Shown: piece by piece, positions 26,333 to 35,350 of the stretch
Numbering within the stretch: the stretch's first letter is position 1
Layout: every line of letters begins with the position of its first letter
Source of the DNA: a virus
Taxonomy: Duplodnaviria > Caudoviricetes
DNA: 36,043 nt
Reading direction: 5' to 3' (one strand)
Virus record (IMG/VR): IMGVR_UViG_3300042997_002641
Span: 1 to 36,043 of that record
Program-made: the position numbers and the translations under genes
Notes under the pieces: generated by a model
The model's input: only the letters and a program-made list of their open reading frames with translations
Databases searched by the model: none
Told to the model about the DNA's origin: nothing

Positions 26333-27102
26333 GCGTATCCAACCCGAACGACAGCCCGCTCCTCGCCCGCGTCGAGCGTCTTGAGGAGCTGCTGCAGGCG
26401 AATCCGTTGCGGAATGCTGCGGTTGAACGTGGCATGACGGAGTACTACGACCAGAGCATACTCCGGATCACGGACTCGAACCTTGAGGTGACCGGCACCG
26501 CCGAGGTGTTCGGCATCCTCCGCGTCGTGGGGACCGCGATCGTCGAGGGCCTCGGCCGGCTGGTCGTGAACAGTCTGATCGACCTTCTCGGTTCGATGCG
26601 GGTCCGCGGCGGCGGCAGCATCACGGTCGAGGACGGGGGGAATGTCGTCGTTGATGGCGGGATGATCAAGGCCGGGAACGTCGAGACACGGGACGGGAAG
26701 ATCTACGTCGGCACGGGCGCGAGCCAGATCGTCATCGACGGAGCCACCGGGAAGATTCTCGCCGGCGACGTCGAGATCGAGCTGGATCAGATCACCGTGG
26801 GCGGCGGTGACTCGCCGGCCACACTCAAGGACGGCGCGCTCGGTTTCGAGACGGGCGGCAAGGTCGAGGCGGACACGACGAACAACGGCATCCGAATGAC
26901 GGTCGGAGGCGCCCAGGTTTACGTTGGCACGGGCGGAGCGGCCCTTCAGTTCGGAACGCGAACGCTCATCATCACCGCAGGTGGGTTCAATTTTCTGAAC
27001 CTGGATACCATCCCTCAAAGCCTCACGGTTGACGAGAACCCGATTAACAGCATGTACGTCGACGCCACGACGGGCCGCCCATATCGCGTGGTGGCTGGCT
27101 AG
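26329..27102 (+). CDS. Minor tail protein (Gly-rich beta repeats)
   Basis: N-terminal coiled coil LARVERLE then repeated beta strands. Confidence 0.72.
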   Translation: MSVSNPNDSPLLARVERLEELLQANPLRNAAVERGMTEYYDQSILRITDSNLEVTGTAEVFGILRVVGTAIVEGLGRLVVNSLIDLLGSMRVRGGGSITVEDGGNVVVDGGMIKAGNVETRDGKIYVGTGASQIVIDGATGKILAGDVEIELDQITVGGGDSPATLKDGALGFETGGKVEADTTNNGIRMTVGGAQVYVGTGGAALQFGTRTLIITAGGFNFLNLDTIPQSLTVDENPINSMYVDATTGRPYRVVAG

Positions 27103-27527
27103 CAGAGGTCCTTCGCTGCAGCTTCGTAGATCTTGAAGCTGTCGAGGTAGGCGCCGTAGGTGCGCTCTTCACCGTCGATCACCGTGATGTCTTCCGGTGC
27201 GGTGCCAGACGCGAGGAGCTCACAGGCCTTGATGCCGGCCTCGATGAGTTGGTCATTGGTCGCGTTGGGGATCACGTTTGCTGGCCGGAGGGTATCGCGC
27301 ACGCTGGCGACGTAGGCAGCTTCGTCCCGGGTGGAAGTTTCGGTGGACGCTGCGGCCGGCGTTTCTGCTGTGAGCGGTTCGACTTCGACGGTGGTGTCTC
27401 CGTCGCTGTAAGCCCCTGACGCGCCGGGGGTGACGTCGACTCGTTCCTTGCTGGTTTCGACGCTGACGCAGCCGGACAGCGCCAGCAGCACCACGGCAAC
27501 ACCGGTCAGGACGAGTCCACGTTTCAT
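27099..27527 (-). CDS. Moron lipoprotein (DUF732-like C-terminal domain); possible superinfection exclusion
   Basis: MKRGLVLTGVAVVLLALSG-C lipobox; LIEAGIKACELLASG...AAAKDLC; TATGGT -10 seven nt before ATG. Confidence 0.78.
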   Translation of the reverse strand: MKRGLVLTGVAVVLLALSGCVSVETSKERVDVTPGASGAYSDGDTTVEVEPLTAETPAAASTETSTRDEAAYVASVRDTLRPANVIPNATNDQLIEAGIKACELLASGTAPEDITVIDGEERTYGAYLDSFKIYEAAAKDLC

Positions 27528-27594
27528 GCCGCTCACCATACCCACCCGAGCCCGTCACTGGTAACAGCCGGCGACGACGAAAGGACGATCCGCA

Positions 27595-27840
27595 ATGGCA
27601 GATATCACCACGCGCGACGAGTCGCGGGAGGCGATCCGAACGGCGCTGGTCGGCTGGAAAGCCGATGGTGTCGCGAACCCGATCATCCCCGTCTACTCGG
27701 ACCTCGACGGCGATGGCGTCCCCGACTTCTACGGCCTCGACGACAACGACCAGCTCGTCCAGGTCTCCGGTGTCACCGTGGTCGACTCGGTGGCCGTCTC
27801 GGATGGTTGCGGGATCGAGCAGGCGGGCGGGGCTGACTGA
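27595..27840 (+). CDS. Small acidic hypothetical protein
   Basis: SD GAAAGGA; DLDGDGVPDF Ca-binding-like loop; TGATG coupling to the endolysin. Confidence 0.65.
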   Translation: MADITTRDESREAIRTALVGWKADGVANPIIPVYSDLDGDGVPDFYGLDDNDQLVQVSGVTVVDSVAVSDGCGIEQAGGAD

Positions 27841-28700
27841 TGCTGCGGTACACCTCTGGGGCGGTGCTGCACGGGTCGAACATCCGTGAAGCGCTCATGG
27901 CGGCCAATGCGATTCTCGTCGCCGAAGGCTACCCGCCGATCACCGTGGTCGACGGGGACCGGGAGTACGAGAAGCAGGTCGCAATCTTCCTCGCCCGGTA
28001 CGTGCTCGTCGGGCAGGTCAACGGCCGCCGGGTCTACGACTTCCGCTGGTGGGAGGGTCGCCAGTACGCGCGCATCTCGCCCGCCGGAACGGTCGCGGCA
28101 CCGTCGCGAACGGCCCCGCACGTGGCGAAGATCGCCGCGGACCTGGGCTACCCGTACAACGACCGGAACACCGCCGCGCACCGGCGACTGCAGCAGATCG
28201 CTCCGGGCCTCGGTCTGGACTGGACAGGCCGGTTCTTCGGTGAGGACTGGCACTGGGAAACCACCCGCGGCGTCGGCCGCATCGACGGAGGCGGCACGAC
28301 CGCCTCCACAAGCGAGGAGGAAGACATGGGACTCACCCCGGAGCAGGACGCCCGCCTGAAGGACATCGAGAACTTCATCATCGGCAACATGCGGAACACG
28401 TCCCCGCAGGAGGGAGGCATTGCGCAGAAGATCAACGTGATCCACGATCGCGTCCTCGGCGCTCTCCCGGGAGCGCAGAATGGCCGCGATCAGTTTCCCC
28501 GCGTGCTCGACACGGGAGACGGCAACTACCTCGTCGAGCTCATCCGGGCGGCGACTCTCTCGCCCGAAACGGTGAAGACGATCGTCGAGGCTGCGTTCAA
28601 GCAGGTCTCGATCCCGGCGCCCACGATCGACTACGCAGCGATCGCGAAGCGCGTGAACGACGAGGCCGACAAGCGCGCGCGTCAGCGACTCGCGAGCTGA
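27840..28700 (+). CDS. Endolysin, M15-like Zn peptidase domain
   Basis: DGDR...AAPSRTAPH...AADL...EDWHWE metallopeptidase motifs. Confidence 0.8.
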   Translation: MLRYTSGAVLHGSNIREALMAANAILVAEGYPPITVVDGDREYEKQVAIFLARYVLVGQVNGRRVYDFRWWEGRQYARISPAGTVAAPSRTAPHVAKIAADLGYPYNDRNTAAHRRLQQIAPGLGLDWTGRFFGEDWHWETTRGVGRIDGGGTTASTSEEEDMGLTPEQDARLKDIENFIIGNMRNTSPQEGGIAQKINVIHDRVLGALPGAQNGRDQFPRVLDTGDGNYLVELIRAATLSPETVKTIVEAAFKQVSIPAPTIDYAAIAKRVNDEADKRARQRLAS

Positions 28701-28702
28701 CC

Positions 28703-29197
28703 GTGCAGGCCATGCAGCGCGCCCGCGCGGTGTGGCGGCGTCTGAACGGTGTGGACATCGCGCAGCTTCACGCGAAAGCGTGGGGCACGGCGTGGTCGAT
28801 CGCGCTGTTCCTCGTCACCCCGCGGGTGCTCGGCGACGCTCTCGGCCCGATCCTCGTCGGGTCGCTGTGCGGGCTGATGTTCGTCGGGTCGATCGTGTCC
28901 GCCGTCGGCCTGGTGACCGCGGCACGCAACCGGGACGAGTCGCTCCGCACCGCGCTCCCACGCACCGTGCAGGGTCTCCTCGTCGAGCTCTTCGGGGTGA
29001 TGCTCATGATGATCGCGCTCGTGCTGTACGCGCTCACGCAAGCGGCGCTCAGCTTCGGCCCTGAGGGGGCGCAGCGGTTGGCGCTGTGCTTCCTCGCCTC
29101 GTTCACGGCCGCGATGGTTCTCGGCCGCGCAGTGTCGGTGCTTCACCGCCGCCGGAAGGAGATCGCTTCCGCTCGAGCCGCTGGGATCGTCCTGTGA
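28703..29197 (+). CDS. Lysis-cassette membrane protein (4 TM)
   Basis: Four hydrophobic segments; follows the endolysin. Confidence 0.72.
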   Translation: MQAMQRARAVWRRLNGVDIAQLHAKAWGTAWSIALFLVTPRVLGDALGPILVGSLCGLMFVGSIVSAVGLVTAARNRDESLRTALPRTVQGLLVELFGVMLMMIALVLYALTQAALSFGPEGAQRLALCFLASFTAAMVLGRAVSVLHRRRKEIASARAAGIVL

Positions 29198-29655
29198 CCC
29201 CGGCGGAGATCGGCGCGATCATCCAGACGTTTGGGCCGATCTTCACGCTCATCGGCCTCGCTGTCACCGGGGCGTACATGGTGCGCGCGGAGCGGGAACG
29301 GCGACGCGCCCGCCAGGACGTCACCCCCGAGTCGGTGAACGAGACCACCCGCATCGGGAACGAGTTCCTCACCGGCCTGCTGAAGGACGCCCGCGAGGAG
29401 CGGAAGGAGCTGCGGGACACGATCCGTCAGCTCACGGAGGACGGCACCACGAAGGACTCCGTCATCCAGACCCTTCGGGCGCTGGATCAGCGGAAGACCG
29501 ACCAGATCGCTGTGCTCGAGCGTCGTGCCGAGATGGCCGCGGCGAAGCTCCGCGCCGGCATCCCGCTGACGTTGGCGGACATCCTCGGCCCGGGTGCCGA
29601 GCTCGAGCAGGAGTTGGGCCTCGGCGACGTCGAGGACACCGTCACTACCCACTGA
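29194..29655 (+). CDS. Lysis-cassette membrane protein (1 TM plus coiled coil)
   Basis: N-terminal TM, coiled-coil C-terminus; GTGA overlap. Confidence 0.7.
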   Translation: MTPAEIGAIIQTFGPIFTLIGLAVTGAYMVRAERERRRARQDVTPESVNETTRIGNEFLTGLLKDAREERKELRDTIRQLTEDGTTKDSVIQTLRALDQRKTDQIAVLERRAEMAAAKLRAGIPLTLADILGPGAELEQELGLGDVEDTVTTH

Positions 29656-29670
29656 AAGGACACCCCCCTC

Positions 29671-30093
29671 ATGAGCACGACCGCTGCTCCCACCAGCACC
29701 CTCGCGACCTACGCGAAGTCCCTCGTCTACGTCGCGCTCGCGCTGATCGGCTTCGCCGTCACCGCGCTCGCGGACAACGTCATCACCGGTGAGGAGGCGC
29801 TGAACTTCGTCATCATCGGTCTCGGCGCGCTCGTCGTGTACGTCGTGCCGAACATGCCGACCGGCGTCGCCGCCTACTCGAAGACCATCGCCGCGTTCAT
29901 CATCGCCGGCGTCGTCATGCTGATCTCGCTCCTGTCCGGCGGCGTGACGCTTTCCGAGTGGCTGCAGGTCATCATCGCCGCGTTCGCCGGCATCGGCACC
30001 CTCGTCCCGAACCGCACACCGGCCGAGTACGCCTCCGCCGACCCGCACAACCCGGCGCTGTTCCGCGGCGCCGGCGGACACAAAGAGCCGTGA
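29671..30093 (+). CDS. Holin (internally duplicated, 4 TM)
   Basis: Two YAK/YSK...VPN repeats, each with 2 TM; SD GAAAGGA. Confidence 0.78.
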   Translation: MSTTAAPTSTLATYAKSLVYVALALIGFAVTALADNVITGEEALNFVIIGLGALVVYVVPNMPTGVAAYSKTIAAFIIAGVVMLISLLSGGVTLSEWLQVIIAAFAGIGTLVPNRTPAEYASADPHNPALFRGAGGHKEP

Positions 30094-30218
30094 TTCTCCG
30101 GCTGGCGGCGGCGGTCTTCCTGGTGTGGGCCGTCGCCGCTTTGTCGTACCCGGTTTTCACCCGCGTCACCCTGCCGTCACCTACGGCATCACCCCGTCGC
30201 CGTCACCCCGCCCGGTGA
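30090..30218 (+). CDS. Tiny membrane peptide
   Basis: Hydrophobic N-terminus, basic tail, GTGA overlap. Confidence 0.4.
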   Translation: MILRLAAAVFLVWAVAALSYPVFTRVTLPSPTASPRRRHPAR

Positions 30219-30239
30219 AGGCTGAAAGGAGCGTCACCC

Positions 30240-30710
30240 GTGGCCGTTGTCGAAGTGTCGGGGAACGTCCTCACTCACGCCGGGGTCCCGTTCCCCGCAG
30301 ATCTTGGCGGCGAGCTGTGGTTCCGCCCGAGTCAGGACTCGGTGACGCCCGGCGCGCTGCTCGTCGGCGTGGAGGTGCAGGCGGACTTGAACGCCGCGAC
30401 CGGCACGTTCACCGTGTCCGTCGAGGCTGCGCCGGACCTCTGGTACAAGCCGTTCTTCCGGTGGGTGATCGACAAGTCCGATCCGAAGCCGTCGAACTGG
30501 TCATTCGGATACCGCGAGTGGCCGTACAGGCTGTGGCCCGGTAATGGCGGCGCGATCGAAGACCTGCTGCAGCCGGACCTGTTCACGAATGCGTGGATCC
30601 TCTACGGCTACGGCCCGCCGTCGCCGTCAGTGGCCGCCGGAGAGCGGCCGTACATCGACCTCTCCGGACCGAAGATGGGCCTGTGGGGCCCGGGAAGCGC
30701 GGTGATCTGA
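30240..30710 (+). CDS. Minor tail/tailspike adaptor-like protein
   Basis: SD GAAAGGAG; beta-rich; coupled to the next gene. Confidence 0.65.
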   Translation: MAVVEVSGNVLTHAGVPFPADLGGELWFRPSQDSVTPGALLVGVEVQADLNAATGTFTVSVEAAPDLWYKPFFRWVIDKSDPKPSNWSFGYREWPYRLWPGNGGAIEDLLQPDLFTNAWILYGYGPPSPSVAAGERPYIDLSGPKMGLWGPGSAVI

Positions 30711-32605
30711 TGCCACTGCAGAAGCTGGGTGACTTCGAGGGCGCTCCCGACGAGCACATCGAGTTCCTCCTCAAGCTGGCGGAGTCGAAGGCTCGTCAGG
30801 CTGTGCTCGACCTCATCGCGCCGGTGGTGGCCGAGTTCCCCGATGTGGTTGCCGCCGCCGCAGCGGCCGCCGGGCCCGCTGTGGACGAGGCTGTCGCTGC
30901 CCGTGACCTGCTGGCGAGCACGGATCCCCAGGTGCCGCAGATCGTGGCGGACATGGCGTGGAAGCACGCCATCGCCGGGTCGAACAACATGGTCCCGTTC
31001 GGTGTCGACGAGCAGGACCGCACGTTCATCGCGGAGTTCCACCCGTCGATGTACATGCCCGACCGGGACAGCGCTGACGTGACCCAGTGGGCGCTCCGCA
31101 ACCCCTCCACCGGGGACACCCCTCTCGCGTACGGAAACCGCGGCCTGTTCGCCGCGGACATCCACCCGAACACCCCGCTCCCGCGCCACCGCATTTACCT
31201 GCAGGAGTCGCTGCTGCCGGGTGAGCTGCTCCCTGACGACGGTCAGCGGCCGGCCGACGCGCTGTTCCAGCGTGCCGCTGCGCGCGCCGCCTCGCTGGTG
31301 CCGTTCTTCGGTCCCGTCGAGGTCGTCATCCCCGCGGGCCGGTTCCGTCTCGTGAAGGGCGTCGACGTCTACGGGATGAGTGGCGTCGGTTGGGCTGGTG
31401 CTGGCCGCAACGACACGACGCTTCTGCCGTGCCTGGGGGCGTCCGCGTTCATCGCCCGCATTCCTACCGGGTACGACGGCCCCGATCACGAGGACGTGTC
31501 GTTCCGGGACTTCACGATCGACGGCGCCGGCCAGGGCGGGTCCGGGTCGATGACGAACGTGAAGGGCATCTACATCCAGCGGATGATCCGCGCCCGGTTC
31601 GAGAACGTGACGATCAAGAACGTCGCCGCCACCGGGTTCGGCGTGGACTTCCTTCAGGACGCGTGGTTCATCAACTGCTACGCGGAGAACTGCGGTCGGC
31701 TCATCGAGGGTGACTCCTCCACCGGCGCCGGGTTCGGGTTCGCGACGGGCCTGTACCCGGTTGAGTCGATCCGGATGATCAACTGCACGTCCCGCAACAA
31801 CCGCTCCCACGGGGTGTTCCTCGAGCGTGGCGCGTCGCGTCTCGCGGCCCTTCCCGGTGCCCCGGGCGGCTACCGGTCGATGGGGTTCACCATGATCGGC
31901 TGCTGGATGGAGGGGAACTACGACGGCTACTTCGGCTCCGGCGGGACGATGGCCGTGTTGCAGGGCAACACGTTCTACAAAAACCGGTTCGCGGGGATCT
32001 TCATCGACGAGAACACGACCACAACGATCGCGGATGACCTGACCCAGATCCGAGGCAACGTCATCTACGGCAACGGGTGGGACACCACCGCCGGCACCAA
32101 CCGGGGTGGGATCCGTATCCGCGGCACACAGGTCAGCATCCCCCCGGTGATCGACGGGAACGTCATCTCGTGGAACGACGGGTGGGGTGTGAAGATCACC
32201 GACAACCTCGCCGGTGACGGGCTGTGGATCACCCGGAACCAGATCTTCGAGAACCTGTGGTCGGGGGTATCGGTCACCTCTGGCACGGGCCCGCACCGTG
32301 CCCGGATCGAGGACAACGACGTGTGGAACAACGGCCGCGGCGGCACCGGCGTCACCGGTGAAGAGGACGGGATCGTCATCCACAACCGGGTCATGAACCG
32401 TACCCGCATCATCGGCAACCGGTCGTGGGATCGCCGCTCGACGGGGAAGACGCAGAAGCGGGGCCTCGCCCTCACCGGCGGCAACCTGTGGACCACCCCG
32501 CGGGTGTCTGGGAACGACCTCGACGGGAACGCAACCGCGGGCCTGGTCGACGAGCTCGACGCCGCCACGGTCCGCACGTACATCACGGACAACATCACTG
32601 CCTGA
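30710..32605 (+). CDS. Tailspike/depolymerase with right-handed beta-helix (pectate-lyase-like)
   Basis: VVIPAGRFRL, GAGRNDTTL, FRDFTIDG, many PbH1-type GN/NN repeats. Confidence 0.82.
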   Translation: MPLQKLGDFEGAPDEHIEFLLKLAESKARQAVLDLIAPVVAEFPDVVAAAAAAAGPAVDEAVAARDLLASTDPQVPQIVADMAWKHAIAGSNNMVPFGVDEQDRTFIAEFHPSMYMPDRDSADVTQWALRNPSTGDTPLAYGNRGLFAADIHPNTPLPRHRIYLQESLLPGELLPDDGQRPADALFQRAAARAASLVPFFGPVEVVIPAGRFRLVKGVDVYGMSGVGWAGAGRNDTTLLPCLGASAFIARIPTGYDGPDHEDVSFRDFTIDGAGQGGSGSMTNVKGIYIQRMIRARFENVTIKNVAATGFGVDFLQDAWFINCYAENCGRLIEGDSSTGAGFGFATGLYPVESIRMINCTSRNNRSHGVFLERGASRLAALPGAPGGYRSMGFTMIGCWMEGNYDGYFGSGGTMAVLQGNTFYKNRFAGIFIDENTTTTIADDLTQIRGNVIYGNGWDTTAGTNRGGIRIRGTQVSIPPVIDGNVISWNDGWGVKITDNLAGDGLWITRNQIFENLWSGVSVTSGTGPHRARIEDNDVWNNGRGGTGVTGEEDGIVIHNRVMNRTRIIGNRSWDRRSTGKTQKRGLALTGGNLWTTPRVSGNDLDGNATAGLVDELDAATVRTYITDNITA

Positions 32606-32618
32606 CGGGAGACCAGAT

Positions 32619-33296
32619 ATGCCTACTGCGATTGTGCAAAACCTTCCCACGGCGGTGACAAACCCGCGGGCCCTGCCGTTGGTGACGCCGATCATCCGGG
32701 ACTACTTCACCGGCTTGACGGGGCCGCTGACGGACGCGGCGGATGGGAACACCACCCGGGCGTGGCAGGACGTCTCCACCGGCGGGTGGATCAAGGAGGG
32801 CGGGGTCGCGCGCGCGTCGGCGACCCCGGGGTCCACGACGACCTACATCACCCGTGTCGAGCAGCCTTCGGTGGATGTGGTGGTGACCGCGAAGCTCGCG
32901 GCGAAGGGTTCGACGTCGACCACGACGAACGGTGCTGGGCTGGTGGCCATGTACCTCGACGCCGGCAACCACCTGCGTCTCGTGCACACGGGAGGCACCA
33001 CAGGGTGGCGGCTGCAGCGTGTGATCGGGAACGCCCCCGTCACCCTGTTCGACACGAACGTTGTGGAGGCGGCGCTCGACACCATCACGTTGCAGGTGAT
33101 CGGGAATGTCGCAACGATCGCGGTCCTGCCGGACGGTGGTACACAACAGTCGTTCAACGTGACGATCCCGGACGAGTTCCTCGCGGTCATCTCCGGCGCG
33201 GCGAACCTGTATGCGGGACTCCGGTCGCCGCGGAACGGGTCGACGTCGTCGGCGTCGTTCGACAGCTTCGAGGTTCGGCAGGCGATCATCGCCTGA
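32619..33296 (+). CDS. Beta-sandwich (lectin/ConA-like) accessory tail protein
   Basis: Thr/Gly-rich beta protein ending FDSFEV; last gene before the terminator. Confidence 0.6.
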   Translation: MPTAIVQNLPTAVTNPRALPLVTPIIRDYFTGLTGPLTDAADGNTTRAWQDVSTGGWIKEGGVARASATPGSTTTYITRVEQPSVDVVVTAKLAAKGSTSTTTNGAGLVAMYLDAGNHLRLVHTGGTTGWRLQRVIGNAPVTLFDTNVVEAALDTITLQVIGNVATIAVLPDGGTQQSFNVTIPDEFLAVISGAANLYAGLRSPRNGSTSSASFDSFEVRQAIIA

Positions 33297-33309
33297 GCGG
33301 GACATCCTC

Positions 33310-33356
33310 AACGCCCCCGGCGTCCCTCCTCGAGAGGAGACGCCGGGGGCGTTTCC
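33310..33356 (+). terminator. Intrinsic terminator ending the late operon
   Basis: AACGCCCCCGGCGTC (33310-33324) pairs with GACGCCGGGGGCGTT (33339-33353). Confidence 0.85.
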
Positions 33357-33430
33357 GTTGTCAACCCCTAAGTACTTCACGCTGCGCGATGAATCATGAT
33401 CTCGGGGGCAAGAAACGAGCGCAGCTCACA

Positions 33431-33637
33431 ATGCCCGAACGTGAGCCCCTCACGTCGCAGAACATCCCCGGCCTCACCGACCGTGAACGCGAGCTCGGAG
33501 AGATGCCGTTCTTCGGCGCCGATCTCCGGACTCTCACACTGATCGGCGCGACCGTCGGGGATGAACGCATCCCAGACATCCGCGCTGGCCGGGTGTACCG
33601 CGAGACCGACTCACACACTCGCCGTCGCGCAGGATGA
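33431..33637 (+). CDS. Small hypothetical protein
   Basis: Fills the gap between the terminator and the Fic gene; weak support. Confidence 0.35.
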   Translation: MPEREPLTSQNIPGLTDRERELGEMPFFGADLRTLTLIGATVGDERIPDIRAGRVYRETDSHTRRRAG

Positions 33638-33658
33638 TCCGCACGACAACGCGTTTGG

Positions 33659-34543
33659 CTACATCAGGTCGGAGACATCGAATGAGTCCGGCACGGTGGT
33701 CGACCCGGCGTCTATGTATAGCGGCAGGGAGCGTGCGATCTCACCGTCGAAGGAGATGAGGACGCGCGAGGAGTGAGCTCCTCGTACATGGAGTGGCAGC
33801 GGCAGCTTCACGGCGATCGGCAGTGTCTTCCCCGGCTCGGACATGTGGGGCGTGAAGTTGCTTGCGGGGAGGAGGAAAGTCTCCCTTTCCCGGTTGAAGA
33901 CGAACCGCACGGGCGCGTTGGTGAGACGAGATTCGAGCTCCAGGGCGAGCTCGTGGTCCATACCGACGTCGAGCATGTGCGGCGTGATCTCCACGAAAAG
34001 GTGCAACATCAGGTTGCCACGCTGTTCGCCAACGAACACTCGGTCGAGGCCGAGCCGCGTCGCGTTGGTGACGCGCGGGTGCACCGGGTCGGACTCGAGG
34101 TGCTGTGCGATCTGCGCGTACGCGACACGGTCGCCAGCAGTGAGCCGTTTCGCTTCGAACCACTCCCGCGCGATGCGCAGAGAACGATCCGGCTCGTCGT
34201 CGGTCGCGAATGTGCTCGTAGCGACAGCGAGTACCAACGCCTCGAGCTCGACGTCATCCATGTCGCGGAGCAGGTGCCCGTTTGTCCCGAGGAACAGGGT
34301 GGCGGCGAGAAACGCGGTGCGCTTGTTCCCGTCGAAGAAGTATTGGGTCGATGCGAGGCCGTGCAGGATGGCGGCCGCCTTCGCAACGACACCGACGTGC
34401 GCCTCAACGCCAGCAAAGCCTCCAACGGCGCGACCAAGAGCGGCGCGGATACCTTGCTCATCCCTGACGCCACCGCCGGCCCCGACGTGCCGAGCGTTTA
34501 GGTCGACTACCTGCTCGTACGTCAGGTAGGTGATATCGGTCAT
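33659..34543 (-). CDS. Fic/Doc-family toxin with variant motif and extra C-terminal beta domain
   Basis: YLTYEQVVDLN, GVRDEQGI, AAAILHGL...QYFFDGNKRTA; ~165 aa extension. Confidence 0.85.
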   Translation of the reverse strand: MTDITYLTYEQVVDLNARHVGAGGGVRDEQGIRAALGRAVGGFAGVEAHVGVVAKAAAILHGLASTQYFFDGNKRTAFLAATLFLGTNGHLLRDMDDVELEALVLAVATSTFATDDEPDRSLRIAREWFEAKRLTAGDRVAYAQIAQHLESDPVHPRVTNATRLGLDRVFVGEQRGNLMLHLFVEITPHMLDVGMDHELALELESRLTNAPVRFVFNRERETFLLPASNFTPHMSEPGKTLPIAVKLPLPLHVRGAHSSRVLISFDGEIARSLPLYIDAGSTTVPDSFDVSDLM

Positions 34544-34707
34544 TCGCCGGCAAGGCGCTCGAGGAGGGTGGCGTACCGCGCAGCCAGCTGGTCGCCGAGG
34601 GCGCGCGCAGCGTCGTCGCGAAGGTACCTGCGGCCGCCGACGACGACAGTCGGAGCGTCACGAAAGGTGATCGCGGCGTCCTGGTCGCTGTCGATGATGG
34701 TCGTCAT
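34540..34707 (-). CDS. Putative antitoxin (55 aa) of the Doc-type TA pair
   Basis: C-terminal RYATLLERLAGE resembles Doc-associated antitoxin ends; ATGA overlap with the toxin; TACGCT -10 seven nt before ATG. Confidence 0.7.
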   Translation of the reverse strand: MTTIIDSDQDAAITFRDAPTVVVGGRRYLRDDAARALGDQLAARYATLLERLAGE

Positions 34708-34951
34708 GGCCGCTAGCGTAGCGCGCGCAGCTGCAGAGAAGTTGGTGTCCCGACTCAGATCATTCCACGCGCAAAGCGTGCGACGTCTCGCGCCGAGGGG
34801 GAGAGCGGTGGCGTGCGGGGTCATGAAGGTTTCTCACGTGGGCCAACGTAGGTGCGAAAATTGTCCGGTTTGCGGCTCTCTGTGGATGTTCACCCGCGGG
34901 CTCACCTGCTCCTCGTAGTCAGGCGTCGCCACACTCGAATCGCATCGCTTT

Positions 34952-35263
34952 TCACGGCAACTCGTCAACGGCTCCGACCCATACCCAGCACCGGTACTCG
35001 GTCTCCTCGACGCGGAAGACAATGCCGATAGCGTCGGGTGTCCACCGCGCGGCGAGGGCGTCGACCCGGACGGGAACGTCGCCGAACCGCACCCACGCCT
35101 TGACCTTGCGTCGTGGCTTCGGGTCGACCGTCAGCGGCACGTCGTCGAGCCGGAGCTCGGCGGGCGTGAGGGTCTGCAGGGTGGCGCCGCGGGCGATGGT
35201 GACGAGCGCCCGGTCGTTCATGCGCCGGTCGACGGCGTCGGCGTAGCGTCTGTTCGTTCCCAC
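34952..35263 (-). CDS. Hypothetical protein downstream of the integrase
   Basis: SD GGAGGAAGG; VKAWVRFG...RWTPDAIGI...CWVW beta-barrel-like sequence. Confidence 0.7.
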   Translation of the reverse strand: MGTNRRYADAVDRRMNDRALVTIARGATLQTLTPAELRLDDVPLTVDPKPRRKVKAWVRFGDVPVRVDALAARWTPDAIGIVFRVEETEYRCWVWVGAVDELP

Positions 35264-35350
35264 GGGTCGCCGGATCCTTCCTCCGGCCGAGAGAGAAAAG
35301 GCTACGCGGCCGCACCGACATCGTTTTCGTGCGTTAGAACGGGGTGTGGC

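Noticed and set aside
24311-32695. Long minus-strand ORFs (e.g. 24311-26101, 30608-32695; likewise 8916-10094 and 9611-10987)
   Set aside because: Antisense shadows of high-GC3 genes with Arg/Gly/Val-rich low-information translations and no motifs.
30710-33296. Diversity-generating retroelement acting on tail genes
   Set aside because: No reverse transcriptase, and no template/variable repeat pair seen.
35290-35350. LexA/SOS box near the integrase-downstream gene
   Set aside because: No convincing match to TCGAAC-N4-GTTCGA.
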